Shown piece after piece: positions 58,849-64,000 of a DNA stretch of 64,000 bases. The notes below the pieces were generated by a model that was not told the DNA's origin, did not search any database, and worked only from the letters and a program-made list of their open reading frames with translations. Source of the DNA: a virus; IMG/VR virus record IMGVR_UViG_3300035180_002574, positions 96,001 to 160,000 of that record; one strand, 5' to 3'. How positions within the stretch are numbered: position 1 is the first letter of the stretch; each line of letters begins with the position of its first letter. The translations under genes were made by a program, and so were the position numbers.

Positions 58849-60000
58849 TTATATTGACATTCCGCCACCAGATCCGGTAGGCATTGTTGTTGACGCAGGG
58901 GTTTGGGTTGGCGCTTCTTCTGTCATACGGAATAATTGTGCTTCTATTTGTTGATAGATTGGAAAAATTTGTTGATCGGCTAAGTTGGCAGGACATTTTA
59001 GCGTCTTGACAATAAAGTTTTTGAATCTTTCGCGATCCGTTAAGCTAACCATAAACAATTTCACAGATTGCGGAGCGCCTGGCGAAGTACCTTCCCATAT
59101 TGGGAGTTCTACATTTATTGATTTATGACCAGAAATTGCATCATCAATATGCTGCTGAGTAACATTTGAGGCAACGCCTTTTGGCAATTCATCAAAAGTA
59201 TGATCTCCTTCAATATAATTACGGTACATTGGTCGAGCAAAAATAGCCCTTCTTACTTCGCCATATAGTTTTGTAATTGCCTTAAGATGCCTAGTTATTT
59301 CTGCAGCTCTTTTGTTTTGTTCATCTAATGGAAGACTAATAGTTTTATCATTTGTAGGATCTACGTCATATCCATTTAATGCATTGATAAACCAATTCCA
59401 ATTATCTTTTCTGTAGATATTTGTCTTAATTCCAAAGTCTTCTTCTAATTGAAGAAGCGCATATGCGAATCCAGCCATATTTCTTAATGCATTATCAGTT
59501 CTAAAACCCCAAAATCCATCAGCCTTGAACTCTCCGCTTTTAACGTTTCCAATTCTTCTGATGGTATCCATTACTACATCAAGTTCATATATGGCTGATT
59601 CAGTTGGAAGTTTTTTACTATAGGTATCTTTACCAGTATCAGTGGACCACTCTACACCTTTGTAATCGTCATCAAGTGTGCCAACGTATTGTTCAGCAAT
59701 GAAATCGGCAAATCCTTTTTTCGAACGAGCTTTTGGCGTACCTGGCGCAACTTTCTTTGGATCTCTTATTTCTTGCGTTTTTTGCATAATATCAAGCGAA
59801 GAATCTCTAATAACCGTTTCTGCCAATTCTTGCATTGCTTTTTGCATATTGATGATCGGACCTTTAGATCCAGTTGGCGCGGCATATCCACCACCGCCAC
59901 CCCCAGGCGCAGGTTTTGGAGCAGGTTTAGACCCTCCCCCACTTAAGTCGGTCTGAGCGTATTTTTGTATTTCTAATACTAGTTTCTTAAAGTTGCTCAT
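58849..60000 (-). CDS. Putative internal head protein with peptidoglycan-binding-like motif
   Basis: 383 aa; QKYAQ then a Pro/Gly linker; ADGFWGFRTDNAL matches the DG-x-x-G-x-x-T-x-x-A motif of PG_binding_1. Confidence 0.5.
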   Translation of the reverse strand: MSNFKKLVLEIQKYAQTDLSGGGSKPAPKPAPGGGGGGYAAPTGSKGPIINMQKAMQELAETVIRDSSLDIMQKTQEIRDPKKVAPGTPKARSKKGFADFIAEQYVGTLDDDYKGVEWSTDTGKDTYSKKLPTESAIYELDVVMDTIRRIGNVKSGEFKADGFWGFRTDNALRNMAGFAYALLQLEEDFGIKTNIYRKDNWNWFINALNGYDVDPTNDKTISLPLDEQNKRAAEITRHLKAITKLYGEVRRAIFARPMYRNYIEGDHTFDELPKGVASNVTQQHIDDAISGHKSINVELPIWEGTSPGAPQSVKLFMVSLTDRERFKNFIVKTLKCPANLADQQIFPIYQQIEAQLFRMTEEAPTQTPASTTMPTGSGGGMSI

Positions 60001-60002
60001 TA

Positions 60003-61340
60003 TTATTCCTCTACATTAGGAGCTGGAGAACCGGCTTCAGTTAACCAATCTTCAATGATTCCAAGGTTTTTTCTATACATAGCCACAACTTTATCGCACT
60101 TGGCAGATAAATCTTCTAAGCTTTTTACATTTTTTATTTGAGTAATTGGTGCTGCAAACAATCCGCCCAAAACATCTGCCGAAACTAATCCCATACCATC
60201 TTTCTTTCCATCCACAGCTTTATAAGCATTAGTTGCTGATGTAATAGATGAGTCAATCTCTCCAATTACTTTGTCTGCAAGTTCTTTCCTATTCACACCG
60301 TTAGCATTAGTTGGCAATTTTGATTTACGTTCCCCATAATTCATATTTGCAACGTCTGTTTTAATTTTTCCAAGTGGTCGCAGTAGTCTAATAACAATTA
60401 CATTCTTAATATCGTCTGGATTTAATAATTTTCTTCTGTATTCTAAATCTCCAAGATTTCCATTAAGAGCATTTCCGCCAGCCCAAGATAATGATTGGGC
60501 TCTTAATACATTTGCTGCGGCAGCATTATATGCATTTATAAATGCCTGATCAATATTTTGTTTTTGCTTTTCTTCATTATTTGCAGCCGAATTGGTAGCA
60601 AGCCAATTTTTATCTGATTTAGTTTTTTCTGCGGCATTAAAAATTGCGCCAGCTATTTTGCCAGGCAAATCAGTAGGGAATCCCGCATTTACATCTACTG
60701 CATCAATATCTTTTTGCAAGCCATTTAAAACAGAAATGAAACCACTAAATTGATTTCTGGCTCCCCACCAAGAGGTCTTATTATATAGGTCCACTATTTT
60801 TTGAAGAGATGGCACCATTAATTTAATGGCTTCAGAATACGCATCTTTAGCGGTTTGATTGGCTTCTGAGTCTACTACCTGACCTAAAGCCATCTTCACA
60901 GCATTGATTATTTGGTGATTACTAGCCAATTTACCCTTTGGAGTTTTATTAACTACATCTAACATTTTTAAATGTCTGTCAACGATTGTTTCTACTGTCG
61001 CATCCCCATCCACACCTTCCAGCTTATGACTGCCTTTTGGATGGGCTTGATCAACTAGATCCTCGCCAGTTTCTTTGAAGGTCTCATATAATGTTTGAGC
61101 TTTTTTGTAATTTATGAATTTTAATTCAAGGTCTTCTGCAAACTTTGACATGCCTTGTGCCCTAAGACCGGCGCACAATTTAATAATATTGTCCGTTAAA
61201 TTGCTAGAAGGAGTTAAATCAAGAGTCTTGGCGGCAGTCTTAACAACTTCGGTATTTTTTACCAATCCCTTTTCTTGGGCAATTTTTTCTAGAGATCTAA
61301 AGACGGTAGAATCTTCAAATTTGGCGTGTTTCCAACTCAT
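60003..61340 (-). CDS. Putative internal head / ejection protein
   Basis: 445 aa; N-terminal region homologous to 54857..56065, with KIAQ, KTAA, KKAQ, KLAS and KMAL motifs. Confidence 0.5.
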   Translation of the reverse strand: MSWKHAKFEDSTVFRSLEKIAQEKGLVKNTEVVKTAAKTLDLTPSSNLTDNIIKLCAGLRAQGMSKFAEDLELKFINYKKAQTLYETFKETGEDLVDQAHPKGSHKLEGVDGDATVETIVDRHLKMLDVVNKTPKGKLASNHQIINAVKMALGQVVDSEANQTAKDAYSEAIKLMVPSLQKIVDLYNKTSWWGARNQFSGFISVLNGLQKDIDAVDVNAGFPTDLPGKIAGAIFNAAEKTKSDKNWLATNSAANNEEKQKQNIDQAFINAYNAAAANVLRAQSLSWAGGNALNGNLGDLEYRRKLLNPDDIKNVIVIRLLRPLGKIKTDVANMNYGERKSKLPTNANGVNRKELADKVIGEIDSSITSATNAYKAVDGKKDGMGLVSADVLGGLFAAPITQIKNVKSLEDLSAKCDKVVAMYRKNLGIIEDWLTEAGSPAPNVEE

Positions 61341-61386
61341 AGTGGTCCCTTCAACAAAATAATTTAGCTATATTTATGCTCTAGTA

Positions 61387-62169
61387 TTAGTTATTTAATG
61401 CATCTAATCTCTGGTACCTAAGCATTCTCAAACCATGCTTGTTACAATAACGAATTCCATTAACTATTTTGTACTTCGCTTTTCCATGAACATCGCAATT
61501 TGGAGCTTCGCATTTTCTAGAATAATCTATACGATCTTCCCATGCCTTCTTGGCTTGCTCCGACTTCTTTTGCTTCGTTTCTTCGGAATCCTTTATTCCA
61601 ATATGAGCCTCCGAAAATCTTTTTCTCACTTCTTCCGTATAAATAGCAGCATTATCTTTTGATTTTTGGATGGCACTCATTTTAGCTTTTTGCTCTTCAG
61701 TTCTTTTGGTTCCTTGAGCTGGATGACCTTTGTCAGCAATTTGTTTAAGAGTGGCTTGAGATAAATCTTCTGATCTTTTGGCTTTTTCTTCCGGAGTTAA
61801 AGAAGCATGCCAATCACTTAGTTTTTTCTTCCACTCCTCAGTTTTTGGTGCGTTCATGCCACCATGAGTTGCATTATAACCATTATTTGAGATAAAACTG
61901 TCATATTGTGCAATTAATAGGGTTTCTAATTCGTTAGCATTATCTTGCCCTTTACATGTGGCAATTACTTCAAATTCGAAATTTTGGGCGCCATATTTTT
62001 TTATGGCGAAATGAAATGGAACTTTGGGATTTATCGAATCATTTCTATGTTGCCACCAACGAGCAGAAGGCTTAACGGTTTGCCCAATATAAACTTTATT
62101 ATTTACAAGGCACCTCACACAATAAATGTAAATAATTCGATCGCTTTCATATGTAATGTCGTTTGTCAT
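61387..62169 (-). CDS. Free-standing GIY-YIG homing endonuclease with NUMOD3 repeats and C-terminal Zn module
   Basis: From ATG 62169 (GGAGG SD); IIYIYCV...KVYIGQT...RWWQH, FEFEVIA...ANELE..LI, GYN, GTKRTEEQKAKMS / GIKDSEETKQKKS, C..PNC...YCNKH. Confidence 0.88.
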   Translation of the reverse strand: MTNDITYESDRIIYIYCVRCLVNNKVYIGQTVKPSARWWQHRNDSINPKVPFHFAIKKYGAQNFEFEVIATCKGQDNANELETLLIAQYDSFISNNGYNATHGGMNAPKTEEWKKKLSDWHASLTPEEKAKRSEDLSQATLKQIADKGHPAQGTKRTEEQKAKMSAIQKSKDNAAIYTEEVRKRFSEAHIGIKDSEETKQKKSEQAKKAWEDRIDYSRKCEAPNCDVHGKAKYKIVNGIRYCNKHGLRMLRYQRLDALNN

Positions 62170-62212
62170 GCCTGACCTCCAAAACATTATATATCAGCGT
62201 ATATTCAAATTT

Positions 62213-62899
62213 TTATAACCAAAGAGCTTCGATCATGGGATTCATTGGAGAAGGAGGGGCAGTTACCATTGCTACGGCTGGATGTAACAAACTTGGACGT
62301 CTGGTTGTTAATAAGCCCATTTCACTAACAAATAAATTAGCCCTAACAGGGAATTGCTGGTTGGTTTCAAATTGATCAGTTTGAAAAAACATTCTTTGAA
62401 ACCAGACAGTAACTCTATTAGAGCCTAACGTGCTATCATCGCCAGGAACATTAGATACCTGATATGTATAATTTACTACTGTTCTAATTGCATTCGGTTG
62501 TCCCGACCCAGTTAAATCAAAATTTAATGGAGTGCCAGCCACAAAAACAATAACTCCATTTACTGGATTTAATACAACATCTACTGTTGAATTAAAACTA
62601 GAAGATACTATATTTGGCTTTTTTAATTCTGCTTTAATATCAACTGGAGTTACTAATTGATTATTTGATAATACTCCAACCGCTGGCACAATAACAACTT
62701 CATTCCAAGAAACATTAGTAAATGCTCTCGTCTTAATGTCGTCAATAATTCCAATAGGCGCCGTTCCGTTGCTAACGGTTGCCATAACCTGATTGCCAAT
62801 AATGGTTAATTCAGCAATCATTCCAGGCTGAAATTCCGCACTTGGATCGCAAATAAAAGATGCAGGTAAAGCGTTTCCTGTTTGAACCAATCTTAACAT
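62213..62899 (-). CDS. Second capsid decoration-like protein (paralog of 54061..54711)
   Basis: 228 aa; MLRLVQTG versus MALKLLQPG, SNRVTVW versus SGKVTLW, MGLLT versus TGLLT. Confidence 0.55.
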   Translation of the reverse strand: MLRLVQTGNALPASFICDPSAEFQPGMIAELTIIGNQVMATVSNGTAPIGIIDDIKTRAFTNVSWNEVVIVPAVGVLSNNQLVTPVDIKAELKKPNIVSSSFNSTVDVVLNPVNGVIVFVAGTPLNFDLTGSGQPNAIRTVVNYTYQVSNVPGDDSTLGSNRVTVWFQRMFFQTDQFETNQQFPVRANLFVSEMGLLTTRRPSLLHPAVAMVTAPPSPMNPMIEALWL

Positions 62900-62967
62900 A
62901 ATGTTGCCTTTCTTACTCCACTATACTCACATATAGCTATATCAGTGCAACATATATTGTATATTAT

Positions 62968-64000
62968 TTAAGTTTCTTCTTCGAAAGTAGGTTCATCATC
63001 CAATAAATCATCGATTTCTTTGTCATCAATATCCATATTGTCTTCAGACATTTGACCATCATCAGAAAGATTGAAAACCGTACCATGATGTTTAAGATTT
63101 TCGATCATTTTTTCCGAAGTTAATCCTTTGGTATGACGATCATGTTTCTTGTTTTTAGCTTCTATTTTGGGCAAATCTTTACCTAAAAAGTCTTTACCCC
63201 TAGAAATATCATCCATTAATTCTTGTGAACTGTTCTTGGGAGATAAATATCGTCTTAATTCATCGAGAGACATTGTATATTTTTCTCCAAGCAAAGACTT
63301 CATTTTTTCTTTAATCTCTTTACCGCGCATTCCTAAATTACCCAATTTAGTGATTAAATGAGCATTTACTGCGGCAATTACTTTTTTATCACCATAATAC
63401 ATTCTTAAAATGGCATCTGGAGAAACGCCTAATTCCAATAATTCTTCATCTAGGGTCGCATCAACGGGTGGACCTCCCAAAGCTTCTAAAAAATTGTCAA
63501 TCGCAGCATCAATAACATATGGGTTTTTAGGAGTCCCCATATCTAGCATGGCAGGGGATTCGACCTTGATAGGTTCTTCAATTTCAATAGTATGAACTTC
63601 TTGAGAAGGCTTCTCTGCTGCAGGGGTTTCATGGTGAGCTTTCGGTGGAATTGCATAATCTTTGCCAATGAAATCTACAATTTCATTATATGTAAATCCA
63701 GCATCATACAAATATCTATTCAATACTGCATTAACTATTTCACTGCGTTTATAATCTTTTAATAGCCACCCCAATTTCTCCAATAATTCTGGAGTAAGTT
63801 TGCTAAAATCTTTTCTTTTTCTGCCATGAACTTGTGCTACTTTGGCTAAAAGACCGAGAATTTTTTCAGATTGTTCTTGAAAATTTGCATTATCAAGAAT
63901 TTCGGCAGCAGAATTCAAACACTCAATTGCATGAGCTAATTTTTCCATGGCAGATTCTTGTGTTTTTGACACAAGGTTTCTCTGCATGCTAGAAACAATA
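62968..64000 (-). CDS. Putative head-associated protein (frame stays open to the window edge, so the start may lie outside)
   Basis: At least 339 aa; no in-frame stop between 63988 and 64000; LNSAAEILDNANF...LAKVAQ motif, acidic C-tail. Confidence 0.5.
   Translation of the reverse strand, partial: IVSSMQRNLVSKTQESAMEKLAHAIECLNSAAEILDNANFQEQSEKILGLLAKVAQVHGRKRKDFSKLTPELLEKLGWLLKDYKRSEIVNAVLNRYLYDAGFTYNEIVDFIGKDYAIPPKAHHETPAAEKPSQEVHTIEIEEPIKVESPAMLDMGTPKNPYVIDAAIDNFLEALGGPPVDATLDEELLELGVSPDAILRMYYGDKKVIAAVNAHLITKLGNLGMRGKEIKEKMKSLLGEKYTMSLDELRRYLSPKNSSQELMDDISRGKDFLGKDLPKIEAKNKKHDRHTKGLTSEKMIENLKHHGTVFNLSDDGQMSEDNMDIDDKEIDDLLDDEPTFEEET

Noticed and set aside
62176-62251. TCTCCAA/TTGGAGG pairing that could hide the GIY-YIG RBS
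   Set aside because: Only 7 bp across a loop of about 60 nt, and the upstream arm is explained by coding sequence.
2008-63595. Numerous 60-160 aa plus-strand ORFs in the ORF track (for example 28427..28900, 43406..43753, 52381..52653, 56250..56708)
   Set aside because: They lie antisense to long minus-strand genes, lack SD sequences and show mirror-image composition, so they are shadow ORFs.
1-64000. CRISPR array, tRNA or rRNA genes
   Set aside because: No regularly spaced direct repeats or cloverleaf/T-loop signatures were seen by eye. The intergenic gaps are short and accounted for; a tRNAscan run would be needed to exclude atypical tRNAs.

Overview
This 64-kb AT-rich window is the virion morphogenesis region of a large myovirus (contractile-tailed jumbo-type phage), read in the standard genetic code and almost entirely on the minus strand. 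In transcription order (high to low coordinates) it holds: putative internal head proteins and a free-standing GIY-YIG endonuclease; two paralogous capsid decoration proteins; an HK97-like major capsid protein followed by a strong terminator; a decayed collagen/BclA-like gene and an oppositely oriented CCA-adding enzyme; a long block of fibre/lectin-like structural genes with a patatin phospholipase; a nested HNH endonuclease cluster and a cold-shock protein; neck and head-tail genes; a holin-like gene; a 2032-aa beta-helix tailspike-like protein; tail terminator, sheath, tube, tail chaperone with a -1 frameshift and tape measure; and baseplate hub, spike and wedge genes. No tRNA, rRNA, CRISPR array, integrase, terminase, portal or protease was seen. 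The most unusual signals are (1) a D-G-Y tripeptide found 28 times (manual count) in 15 mostly outer-virion proteins but absent from the capsid, tube, sheath, tape-measure and internal-head proteins, suggesting a virion-wide modification or docking sequon; (2) a K-x-A motif, a shared pro-domain and a helical-hairpin motif in the head-associated proteins, suggesting a packaging and maturation code; and (3) RNA-level controls, including a long hairpin that hides the tail-chaperone RBS with a candidate late promoter in its loop. All functional calls rest on motif recognition and gene order, not database searches.
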